Source: Candidatus Sigynarchaeum calidifontis (GTDB taxonomy: Archaea > Asgardarchaeota > Lokiarchaeia > Sigyniarchaeales > Sigyniarchaeaceae). Taken from it: a stretch of DNA of 17,247 nucleotides. This document shows, piece by piece, positions 7,283 through 15,003 of the stretch. The position numbers were made by a program, and so were the translations under genes. The notes beneath the pieces were generated by a model. That model was given only the letters and a program-made list of their open reading frames with translations, searched no databases and had not been told where the DNA came from. Within the stretch, counting starts at the first letter, position 1. Every line of letters begins with the position of its first letter. The stretch spans positions 1 to 17,247 of the forward strand of contig JAUQYZ020000014.1 in the NCBI GenBank assembly GCA_030587475.2. Reading direction: 5' to 3'.

Positions 7283-9538
7283 TCATAGCCGGCCGAAGCG
7301 AAGCCATTTCTCGAATTGCCTGCTCAAGATCTCCATCTCTGGCCCTGAGATCTCGGACACGATCACTTGCGCCTTGTCGCTGTCATATTTTATTATGAAG
7401 TCGTTATCTACCGCCGTGATGAAGTCGGCGACGGTCTGCGTGTCGATGTCCTTGAGTATCTTGCAGAAATCCGCGATCTTGTACGTTTTCGGGACGCTGC
7501 ACGCCTTCTCGAACGCGAGCAATCGCATGTACACGAGGCTCGATTCGGTCGCTGCCTGGGCCTTGTGCCGCTCCTCCTCCCGCTTGATGTCCTCCTCCGT
7601 CTTTTTCTCGACCTTGGTCGATATCTGGCTCAGCTTGATGGCAGGCTTGGCCACGCCGTTCTCCGCCGCGTCGATAGCGGCGGGCTTGGGGGCGACGGCG
7701 GGTATCCGCGGTATCGGGGCAGCCACCTGGGCCGGGGGAACACCTGGCGCGGCGAGATCGAGGCCGGTATCGAGGAATTTATCGAGATCGAACTCGCCAC
7801 CCATGGTCTGCTCGATTTGCTGGTCGATCGAGGCGAACAAGCCCACCGCGGCCGCCGAGGGTTTTACTACCGGTGCGACGGGGGGCTTGGTTGGCGGCCC
7901 GGGAACAGCGAAAGACGAGGCCGGGGCCACCGGGGGTTTCATTCCTGCCGGCTTGGTCACGGGTTGCGCCGGAACTGCCACGGGCGGTTTTATTGCTGGC
8001 TTCATGCCTCCTGCTGGTTTCACTGGCGGATGCACTGGCGCGGGCACCGGGGCCGGAACCGTGACCGGGGGTTTCATCGCGACGACCGGTTGCACGGGGG
8101 GTGACACCGGGGGCTTCATGCCACCCGCGGGTTTCACCGGCGGATTGGGGCCAGGCGCTGTCGCGATGGGAACGACGGGAGCAGGCGCGGGAACCGTTGG
8201 CGCCGCGGGGATGGGAGCAACCGGAGCTGGTGCCGGCGCGGGTTCTTTCACCGGAGACACCTCGACTCCCAGCTGTTCTAAGAACGCGATTTGCTCGTCA
8301 TCGGGCAAGTTCATGAGCTCCTGCTTCAGCATGTCCTTTTTCTCTTGCGGCCACGCGAGGCTGCTCAGAACGTTGTCAAGTGCAGAGAGGAGCTGTTGCA
8401 AACGACTGCCGGGTGCTTGGCCAGGCATCGGAATGCCGGGGGCCGCTTGCACCATGGGCTCGTTGACAGGAACCGGAGGGACGTACTTGGGTGCCGGGGC
8501 CTCGATGGTCTGGAACGCTGACGGGACAGGAGCAGATGGCGCCGGCGGCTTCATACCAGGCGGTTTCATAACCGGCCCACCCGCAGGTTTTACCGGGGGC
8601 TTCATTCCCACGGGTTTCATGACCGGCCCGCCCGCGGGCTTCTGCAAGGGTTTCATGCCAGCAGGTTTCATGGCCGGCGCGCTTTGCTGCTCCGCGGCCT
8701 CGACCGTCTGGAATGCCGGCTTTATGACCGGCGCCGGGGGCGGTGCCGGGGCCTCGACTTTCTGGAACGCTGGCGCGGGTGGATCCGGAGGAGGCGTGGA
8801 AAATTCAGAGATCGTAGACATTTCTTCAGCGCCTGGCGAAGCTTGCGGCCCATCGGAAGTGGGCGGAGTCACGGGGGGAAGATCGGGCAGCGCCTCGAGC
8901 TCGGGCAACTCGGCAGGGAGTGCCTCTGCGGCGGGGACAGCTGGCGCTGGAGCCGGGGGTTTCGCTCCCGCGGGCTTGATAACGGGTCCTCCCGCCGGTT
9001 TGGGAGCGGGCTTCGTTACAGGACCGCCCGCGGGGGAAGGAGCAGGTTTCGGAGCCGGTTTCGCCGCGGGCTTGGTTGCTACTTGTTCCGCCGCCATCGT
9101 GGATTGGAATTGCTGTGCCTGGTACTGTTGCTTCTCCTTCATTATTTGCATGTAAGATTTTTTTTCTTGAGGCGGTTTAGATCCCGATTCGGAATCCGCT
9201 ATCGCGAAGCCGGTTCGCTGTATCGTGGCAGGCGAGCTGGAGAGTCCTGGTGAGACGTAAGAATCGGACGAGAAGCCGCCGGATGCCGGCTTCGCCATTT
9301 GCCCGGGGGATGCCGCGACTGCCGGTTCGCGCGCGGGTGCGGTTTCGGGCGGGGCATCGGTGCCCCCGGAAACGGGGGGCGGGTTATCCATGTCCTCCTT
9401 CGAGAAGGATTTCCTGCACTTCTTGCACGTGTATTTCTTGTGATAGATGGGGCGCGGAACGAAGGAAATCGGAGGCTTGCTTCGATCCTCTTCCTCTTTC
9501 AAGTCGAAAGAGCCGCAGTAAATGCATTTGTTAGGCAT
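7283..9538 (-). CDS. Zn-ribbon + Pro/Ala/Lys-rich low-complexity repeat protein with internal helical and C-terminal globular domains (751 aa)
   Basis: ATG at 9538 follows GGAG. N-terminal CIYC…CKKC; about 550 aa of Pro-rich repeats interrupted by a ~45-aa helical island; ~85-aa ordered C-terminal domain. Ordered termini and codon use favour this strand over the antisense ORF. Confidence 0.88.
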   Translation of the reverse strand: MPNKCIYCGSFDLKEEEDRSKPPISFVPRPIYHKKYTCKKCRKSFSKEDMDNPPPVSGGTDAPPETAPAREPAVAASPGQMAKPASGGFSSDSYVSPGLSSSPATIQRTGFAIADSESGSKPPQEKKSYMQIMKEKQQYQAQQFQSTMAAEQVATKPAAKPAPKPAPSPAGGPVTKPAPKPAGGPVIKPAGAKPPAPAPAVPAAEALPAELPELEALPDLPPVTPPTSDGPQASPGAEEMSTISEFSTPPPDPPAPAFQKVEAPAPPPAPVIKPAFQTVEAAEQQSAPAMKPAGMKPLQKPAGGPVMKPVGMKPPVKPAGGPVMKPPGMKPPAPSAPVPSAFQTIEAPAPKYVPPVPVNEPMVQAAPGIPMPGQAPGSRLQQLLSALDNVLSSLAWPQEKKDMLKQELMNLPDDEQIAFLEQLGVEVSPVKEPAPAPAPVAPIPAAPTVPAPAPVVPIATAPGPNPPVKPAGGMKPPVSPPVQPVVAMKPPVTVPAPVPAPVHPPVKPAGGMKPAIKPPVAVPAQPVTKPAGMKPPVAPASSFAVPGPPTKPPVAPVVKPSAAAVGLFASIDQQIEQTMGGEFDLDKFLDTGLDLAAPGVPPAQVAAPIPRIPAVAPKPAAIDAAENGVAKPAIKLSQISTKVEKKTEEDIKREEERHKAQAATESSLVYMRLLAFEKACSVPKTYKIADFCKILKDIDTQTVADFITAVDNDFIIKYDSDKAQVIVSEISGPEMEILSRQFEKWLRFGRL

Positions 9539-9638
9539 TGGAGCATCTCCAATGATGTCCACATTTTCCTATAGATCCTGAAAGATATTGGCACGAGCTG
9601 CTCGAGCACCTGGCAATTTCCTACGCTCGCGTTGGAAC

Positions 9639-9695
9639 TCGAACCGATCTATCTTATTCCTATGATAGATCGAACGATCTACAGATTTAAAAGTT
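9639..9695 (-). promoter_or_regulatory. Putative promoter (TTTTAAA box) with downstream operator-like CGATCTA repeats
   Basis: Minus-strand TTTTAAAT at 9685-9692. CGATCTA occurs at 9645-9651 (+), 9666-9672 (-) and 9675-9681 (+), forming 9-bp and 7-bp inverted repeats. Confidence 0.45.
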
Positions 9696-9846
9696 CATTT
9701 GGAAAGGAATATCGCTTATAACCGTGGCAAAAACGAGTTTCGCAAACACGCGTGCTTTTTGTCGCAAGTTCCAATGCTGCAATCGTGTCACCGAGCTTAG
9801 GCATGTAATACTAACCAGGACACGAATACCCGCATGCCCCGGGAGA

Positions 9847-11115
9847 TCATTTGCCACGGGGTAGAAGGACGAGGGAATTGTTAAGGATCGTTTCTACCTT
9901 CTCGTAGGCTGCGATGACTTCGGTCTGCGACGCGAGGCTTGACCGCTGGATCTGGGTCAAGCTCTCGATCAGTCCCGCCGCGAGGGTGGCCGCATCGCCG
10001 TTTAACCGCGAAAACGCTTCCTTGCTCTCGTGAACGAGCATCATCAGGACCACGCGCGTTTGCATGATGTTCCCTTGCTGGTTCTTGAGGATCAAGTGCA
10101 CGATGGACAAGATCTCGGCGATGAAAGTTGCAAGATGCTCGGGCGCGGATAACTCGTGCAGCTGGTTCAGAAAAGACGAGGTAAAAGTCTTCACGGCCCA
10201 ATGGTACGCGTACCGGCTATTGGACCTGAGCATCCCGACAAGCAAGTCCTTGTAATCCTTCGTGAAGATGTGGGGAGAAGCATGCTCCAGGACCTTCAAG
10301 ATCTTCTGGATCTTGAGATGTATGATGCGATCCGGGTTCTCTAGTTCCTTGATGACGAGGGGAACGAGCCTTTTAGCGAAACGGGGTTCGGCCTCGCTGA
10401 AGTCCGCGAGGAGAGAGAGCACTTGCAATTTCAAGAGTGCATTATCCGTGATCTCGAGGTTGGATAGCAGCACGGCGAATAGCTCGTCCTTGACGGCGTG
10501 CAAGAGATCCAGCAGTGCCTTGTACGCGACTGCTTTCACGGTATCGTCATCATCGACCAACCGGTTAACGAGGGCCGGGACGAGATCGATGACGGCGGGG
10601 AAATATATCTTGCCGAGCTTGCTGATGCGCCACACGGCCGCTTGCCTGTCCGCCGCGCCGTGCAAAGACAGCTTTGACGCTTGAAGATATGCGACGTCGG
10701 CGATCCCGCGCTGCAAGAAATCACGCACCTGGCCGGAATCCTTGCTGATTCTCTCTAACGCCTTCAGCGCGTGGAATTCGAGGACGGGTTCGATGTCAGA
10801 TCTCAGCAAGATCAGGATGAATGGATAGATGAGATCCCGGGAGAATACCGGGGAGATGGCACCAATTTCCCCGAGATAATGGATGCCTTGCACGCGATTG
10901 TCGATATCCTTGTCCACGAGCGCCTTCATGAGCAATTTCATGATGGACAAGGCGAGTCTTGGCTTTTGAAGGGCGATCTCCCCGAGAAACTGGTAGGCGA
11001 GCCGGCGCTCCTCGCTATCTTGCGAGAAATACAGCCTCGAGAGGTTGTCGCCCACGCTTTCCTCGTGATCGCTCGTAACTCCCTCACCTCGGCCGCTGGT
11101 GGTTCTTGTTAGCAC
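9847..11115 (-). CDS. HEAT/ARM-repeat alpha-solenoid protein
   Basis: Repeated HEAT-like units: LLMKALVDKDIDNRVQGIHYLGEI, LVPALVNRLVDDDDTVKAVAYKALLDL, LVPLVIKELENPDRIIHLKIQKIL and LLVGMLRSNSRYAYHWAVKTF. GTG start is uncertain. Confidence 0.85.
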   Translation of the reverse strand: MLTRTTSGRGEGVTSDHEESVGDNLSRLYFSQDSEERRLAYQFLGEIALQKPRLALSIMKLLMKALVDKDIDNRVQGIHYLGEIGAISPVFSRDLIYPFILILLRSDIEPVLEFHALKALERISKDSGQVRDFLQRGIADVAYLQASKLSLHGAADRQAAVWRISKLGKIYFPAVIDLVPALVNRLVDDDDTVKAVAYKALLDLLHAVKDELFAVLLSNLEITDNALLKLQVLSLLADFSEAEPRFAKRLVPLVIKELENPDRIIHLKIQKILKVLEHASPHIFTKDYKDLLVGMLRSNSRYAYHWAVKTFTSSFLNQLHELSAPEHLATFIAEILSIVHLILKNQQGNIMQTRVVLMMLVHESKEAFSRLNGDAATLAAGLIESLTQIQRSSLASQTEVIAAYEKVETILNNSLVLLPRGK

Positions 11116-11263
11116 CCGCGGTCATTTCAACTAGCACATGTACCCGTCTATTATTAATTAGCTCCTTCTCACGAGGGGGGGAAATTGGTATCACGGTGGC
11201 ATCCCACGGATACACTACGACTCATCCGTAAATATAGTCATTCGGTGCGAGGGAAACGAGCGT

Positions 11264-11761
11264 TCACGATCTCGTGATCTCCACCTCGCAGCACGGATCG
11301 CCCTTTGGAATCAGCTGCTTCTGCACGATCTCGAATTTCATGCCGGGGAACGCCCCCCGGAGCAACCCGCTGATGCTCGCCTTCGTGACCTTGTAACACG
11401 GCGCGGTCTCGCTGGTCCACTTCTTGCTCACCATCTTCCACACCTCGCAGTCAATCGTGCGGAAAATGGCCTTGTCATTGCCATCAATGATGAGTTCAGC
11501 CTTCACGTTCATGACCGTGTTCTGCACTTTCATCACGAGGGGAAGATCATTTGGAAATTCGCCCCGGAGCTTGAATGTCACGGCGATCCTCTTGCCGAGG
11601 CGCTCCGAAAACAATTCCCATGCCTTGATGTCCAGCTCCGTTGCGGCATCTACCCCGTATTTTTCGGCAGATGCGAGGAACCACGCCCCGTCCAGCCTGA
11701 GGAACGCGTAGATTGCCAGGTCGAGGAGGATGTCCTTGTCGATCTCTGGTGTTTCTTTCAA
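11264..11761 (-). CDS. DUF6125 / V4R-HNOX-clan small-ligand-binding protein
   Basis: N-terminal DGAWF…EKYGVDAATELDIKAW pattern and V4R-like Cys arrangement (DC…PC…GDPCCE). TTG start. Confidence 0.75.
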   Translation of the reverse strand: MKETPEIDKDILLDLAIYAFLRLDGAWFLASAEKYGVDAATELDIKAWELFSERLGKRIAVTFKLRGEFPNDLPLVMKVQNTVMNVKAELIIDGNDKAIFRTIDCEVWKMVSKKWTSETAPCYKVTKASISGLLRGAFPGMKFEIVQKQLIPKGDPCCEVEITRS

Positions 11762-11792
11762 GCGAGGTCACGTTATCAGCGTTCGTTTCGGT

Positions 11793-12953
11793 TCAAGATC
11801 CAAAGAATAGCAGGTAATCCAGGACCATCGAGGCCACGTTGACGCCGAGGTTTTGCTCGAAGCCCTTGAACCCGGGCGTGCTGTTAACTTCCAGGATGTA
11901 GTCACGCCCGTCGAGGCCCCGGACGAGATCAACCCCGCAGAATACCTGGCCCATCGCCTTGGCCGCGTTCAACACGAGCAAGCGCTCGGCTTCATCGAGG
12001 ACATCCCTGGTTCCTGAAGCGCCCTTGCTGATGTTGTAGATCCAGCTCTCCGTGTCGAGCGTGGCGGACCGGCGTTCGGTGCCGAGTATCAAGTCTCCCA
12101 GCACGAGGACCCGCTTGTCATATCCCTTGTTCTCGATGAATTCTTGCAGCAAAAGCACGCCATCGCCGTACCACCACTTGTACTTCCCGAGGATGTCCAG
12201 GACGCGTGCTTCAGGAGCGCCACGAGGTATCTTCCCGACGCCCCAGCCGCCACCCTTTGCCAGCGGCTTGATCACGACATCTTTGCCTTGCTGGTGCATT
12301 TTCTTCACGAACCCGGCACCCTCGCTGATGCTCGCGGTCACGAGAGTCTCCGGGGTGGCGATGCCGTTGCGCGTGAAGGTGATAAGGTTCGCCAGCTTCG
12401 ACCGAGCTGCCGTGTCTGCGAGACGGGTCGGGAATACCGGGCATCGCGCCTCGATGGCCTCGATGGCCGCGGCCTTGAGCAAGAACATGGGAGCCGAGTC
12501 CGATTCGAGCGGCTCGGGGTTGGTCAAGATAGCACACCTGTACGAGGGATCCGCCGGGAAGCCGGCGAGTCCCGCCGAGCCGAGCGATATTTGATCGAGC
12601 CAGTACTCGTCCCATTGGATGCCCTTTCTCGCAAGTTCCTCCTTGTACCGCTTGAGGGAGTGGCCCTCGTCCTCGCGACCGTTGATGAACGCGATCCGCT
12701 CGCGCGTGGCGTTTAATGCCGACTGCTTGGCCGCGTTCTTATTCACGAACGTCCAGTTCTTCCCCTCGAGGCGCGCTTCCAGCAGATCGAGCACGGCCTT
12801 CACGCCCGGGGATCCTTCGGGCAAGTAATGCCTTGCGATCGCCTCCAGATCGGCCACGGGCACGGTGTCAGGATCCAGGCAAAACAAGTGCTTGCACAAG
12901 GAAACCTGGGCGGGATCCTCGAGGGATGCGACGGGATACGGACATTTGACCAT
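11793..12953 (-). CDS. RimK/LysX/CofF-family ATP-grasp ligase with N-terminal extension
   Basis: Motifs GIATPETLV, VVIKPLAKGGGWGV, LLQEFIE, DKRVLV, WIYNISKGA, CGVDLV and YILEVNSTPGF. The substrate cannot be assigned by eye. Confidence 0.88.
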   Translation of the reverse strand: MVKCPYPVASLEDPAQVSLCKHLFCLDPDTVPVADLEAIARHYLPEGSPGVKAVLDLLEARLEGKNWTFVNKNAAKQSALNATRERIAFINGREDEGHSLKRYKEELARKGIQWDEYWLDQISLGSAGLAGFPADPSYRCAILTNPEPLESDSAPMFLLKAAAIEAIEARCPVFPTRLADTAARSKLANLITFTRNGIATPETLVTASISEGAGFVKKMHQQGKDVVIKPLAKGGGWGVGKIPRGAPEARVLDILGKYKWWYGDGVLLLQEFIENKGYDKRVLVLGDLILGTERRSATLDTESWIYNISKGASGTRDVLDEAERLLVLNAAKAMGQVFCGVDLVRGLDGRDYILEVNSTPGFKGFEQNLGVNVASMVLDYLLFFGS

Positions 12954-12974
12954 GGTCAGCTCACCATTCGCAAG

Positions 12975-13005
12975 ACGAGATTATTAACAATAATGGTTAA
13001 AAATC
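12975..13005. promoter_or_regulatory. AT-rich divergent promoter region between the ATP-grasp gene and dapA
   Basis: ttattaacaataatggttaaaaat lies in an ~80-bp gap between divergent starts in a GC-rich genome. Confidence 0.4.
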
Positions 13006-13035
13006 GCTCAAAGGATCATAAGACAAAAGACTCCA

Positions 13036-13983
13036 ATGGGAAGGAAACGACCAATGGACAATTTCCTCAAGGGAACATGGACTGCCTTGATTACCCCTTT
13101 CAAGGCCGACCTTTCCGTCGACTACGAGGGGTTCAAGAAGCTGCTCGACTTCCAGATGCAGAACGGCGTGACGGGGCTCGTCCCGTGCGGGACCACCGGC
13201 GAGTCCGCGACCATGAGCCATGAAACCCACCGCGATGTCATCAAGTTCGTCGCGGAATACGTGAAGGAGAATGCGGGCAAGTTTGACCGCCACTTCGGCA
13301 AGGACTTGTTCCTCATGCCCGGGACCGGTTCCAACGCGACGGACGAGGCCATCGAGCTCACCAAGTTCGCGGAGAGTGTTGGTGCCCATGCCACGCTGCA
13401 CGTGATCCCGTACTACAACAAGCCGACGCAAGAAGGCTTGAAACTCCATTTCAAGCTGATCCTCGACGAGACCAGGGTGCCCGTCGTCATTTACAACATC
13501 CCGGGGCGCACGAGCCGGAACCTGGAAGTCGCCACGATGTTGGAAATCGCCAAGAACCCGCGAGTCATCGGCATCAAGGAGGCCAGCGGCGACATCACCC
13601 AGATCATCAAGACAATATACAAGACCCGCGGCACCGACTTTTCGGTCTTGTCAGGCGACGACAACTTGACCTACGTCTACATGGCCCTGGGAGGCAAGGG
13701 CGTCGTGTCGGTCGCGTCGAACGTCATTCCCCGCGAGGTGAGCGACTTCACGACCACCATGCTCAAGGGGGATTTCAAGACGGGGCTCGAATTGCACTGG
13801 AAGATGCTTGAATTCTTCGAGGCGCTGTTTATCGAGACGAATCCCGGGCCGGTGAAGTACATGGCGTCGGTCATGGGCCTGCCCGCGGGGCCGATGCGGC
13901 CGCCCATGTGCTTGCCGACAGCCGAGAACCAGGAGAAGATCAAGAAGGCCATGAAAGCGTATGGCTTGATCAAGGAAAAATGA
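13036..13983 (+). CDS. dapA: 4-hydroxy-tetrahydrodipicolinate synthase
   Basis: Motifs GTTGES, PYYNKP, YNIPGRT, the Schiff-base Lys in GIKEASGD, SGDD and ETNPGPVK. Alternative start at 13054. Confidence 0.95.
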   Translation: MGRKRPMDNFLKGTWTALITPFKADLSVDYEGFKKLLDFQMQNGVTGLVPCGTTGESATMSHETHRDVIKFVAEYVKENAGKFDRHFGKDLFLMPGTGSNATDEAIELTKFAESVGAHATLHVIPYYNKPTQEGLKLHFKLILDETRVPVVIYNIPGRTSRNLEVATMLEIAKNPRVIGIKEASGDITQIIKTIYKTRGTDFSVLSGDDNLTYVYMALGGKGVVSVASNVIPREVSDFTTTMLKGDFKTGLELHWKMLEFFEALFIETNPGPVKYMASVMGLPAGPMRPPMCLPTAENQEKIKKAMKAYGLIKEK

Positions 13984-14032
13984 AAAAAAGGAACACACGT
14001 GAATCTTCTTTCTCGCATTTTTTCTTGTTCTA
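13976..14032. terminator. Bidirectional oligo-T terminator region between convergent genes
   Basis: A-runs at 13976-13989 (T-runs on the minus strand) and cttctttctcgcattttttcttg on the plus strand. Confidence 0.45.
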
Positions 14033-14035
14033 TTG

Positions 14036-14674
14036 TCAAATCCAACCGATGGGAATGAAAACGAGAACGAGCGCGAGGTCGACGAGCAAGATCGTGCCCG
14101 TGATCGTCGCGCTCGTTTTCATGCTGCCCGCGTCGTAGACAACAAACGCGACCACCCAGAACGGGAGGTAGCCGACGAGGAAGATGAGCCACGGCGCCGA
14201 GAGATTCCAGAACGGGTAGTCCCACGTGAGCGCGCCCGCGAGGTTCAGGAATATCTCCACGACGACGCACAAGATCGCCATGAAAACGGCGATCACGGGG
14301 CGGTTCGGGAGCTTCCCGAAGATCTTGGCGTTCTTGTCCTTGGGTATCATCTTGGTCGAAACGATACCCATGATGGCGAACATGAACGTCGTCTCGATGT
14401 TGAGACCGATGAGGATGAGGTAGGCCGTGCCGCCGGGCTCCACCCAAACGGCAGAGTAATTCGTGAAGTGGAACACGAGCGAGTTCCATATCTCGTTGAA
14501 GAGATCAAGACCCCAGAACGACACGGCGGCCATGATGCCCTTCCAGTTCCGTTTCTCCGCCTCGACCGCGTACACGTAGATGACGACGAGCAAGAGGGGA
14601 ACCACGTACCATTGGAAGTTATCGGGGATGCGCAAGATGGCCAAGGCTTCTTGGGCATTGGGAGTCGGTGCCAT
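14036..14674 (-). CDS. Conserved-type hypothetical polytopic membrane protein (~6 TM, 212 aa)
   Basis: Starts MAPTPNAQEALAILR at 14674. Multiple hydrophobic helices, with DLFNEIWNS and LIGLNIE motifs carrying intramembrane acidic residues. Confidence 0.85.
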   Translation of the reverse strand: MAPTPNAQEALAILRIPDNFQWYVVPLLLVVIYVYAVEAEKRNWKGIMAAVSFWGLDLFNEIWNSLVFHFTNYSAVWVEPGGTAYLILIGLNIETTFMFAIMGIVSTKMIPKDKNAKIFGKLPNRPVIAVFMAILCVVVEIFLNLAGALTWDYPFWNLSAPWLIFLVGYLPFWVVAFVVYDAGSMKTSATITGTILLVDLALVLVFIPIGWI

Positions 14675-14993
14675 GCCGTGACCTTCCGCTGGCGAGGATT
14701 TGAACCTACCGCACCCGCGATCGCATGCAGTCATCCCTATCCGCGCGGATGATTGCTGCAACCTCCTTTTTTGGCACGTTTTTTAATACCGCCTTTGCAT
14801 GCTCGAGATTGGCAGCGATTTGCTTCTCGTTTCTTTCGCACCCGGCATCCAAGAGAATTCACCTTGATTAGATTGATGAATCGAAATGATCGAGACATGA
14901 ACCTTGCGATTGCCGTGGATGAATGAAAATAAACCAAGAATACACGAGATGTTCATTCACGATGCAACAATTTCAATAATTTTCATGATCGGG

Positions 14994-15003
14994 AAAAAAA
15001 AAA
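14994..15003 (-). terminator. T10 terminator immediately after the tRNA-Cys CCA
   Basis: A10 on the plus strand abuts the encoded CCA. Confidence 0.7.

Noticed and set aside
7236-9155. 639-aa Gly/Ala/Thr-rich plus-strand ORF with GGF/TG repeats
   Set aside because: Mirror of the Pro-rich gene (CCN codons read antisense). The minus-strand product has an SD, a Zn ribbon and ordered domains.
14033-14752. 239-aa plus-strand ORF and other short overlapping ORFs in the track
   Set aside because: Antisense or alternate-frame shadows of well-supported genes.
14675-14761. Track's N-terminal extension of the membrane protein
   Set aside because: The extension is not protein-like. ATG 14674 follows GAAGGT and gives a coherent N-terminus.
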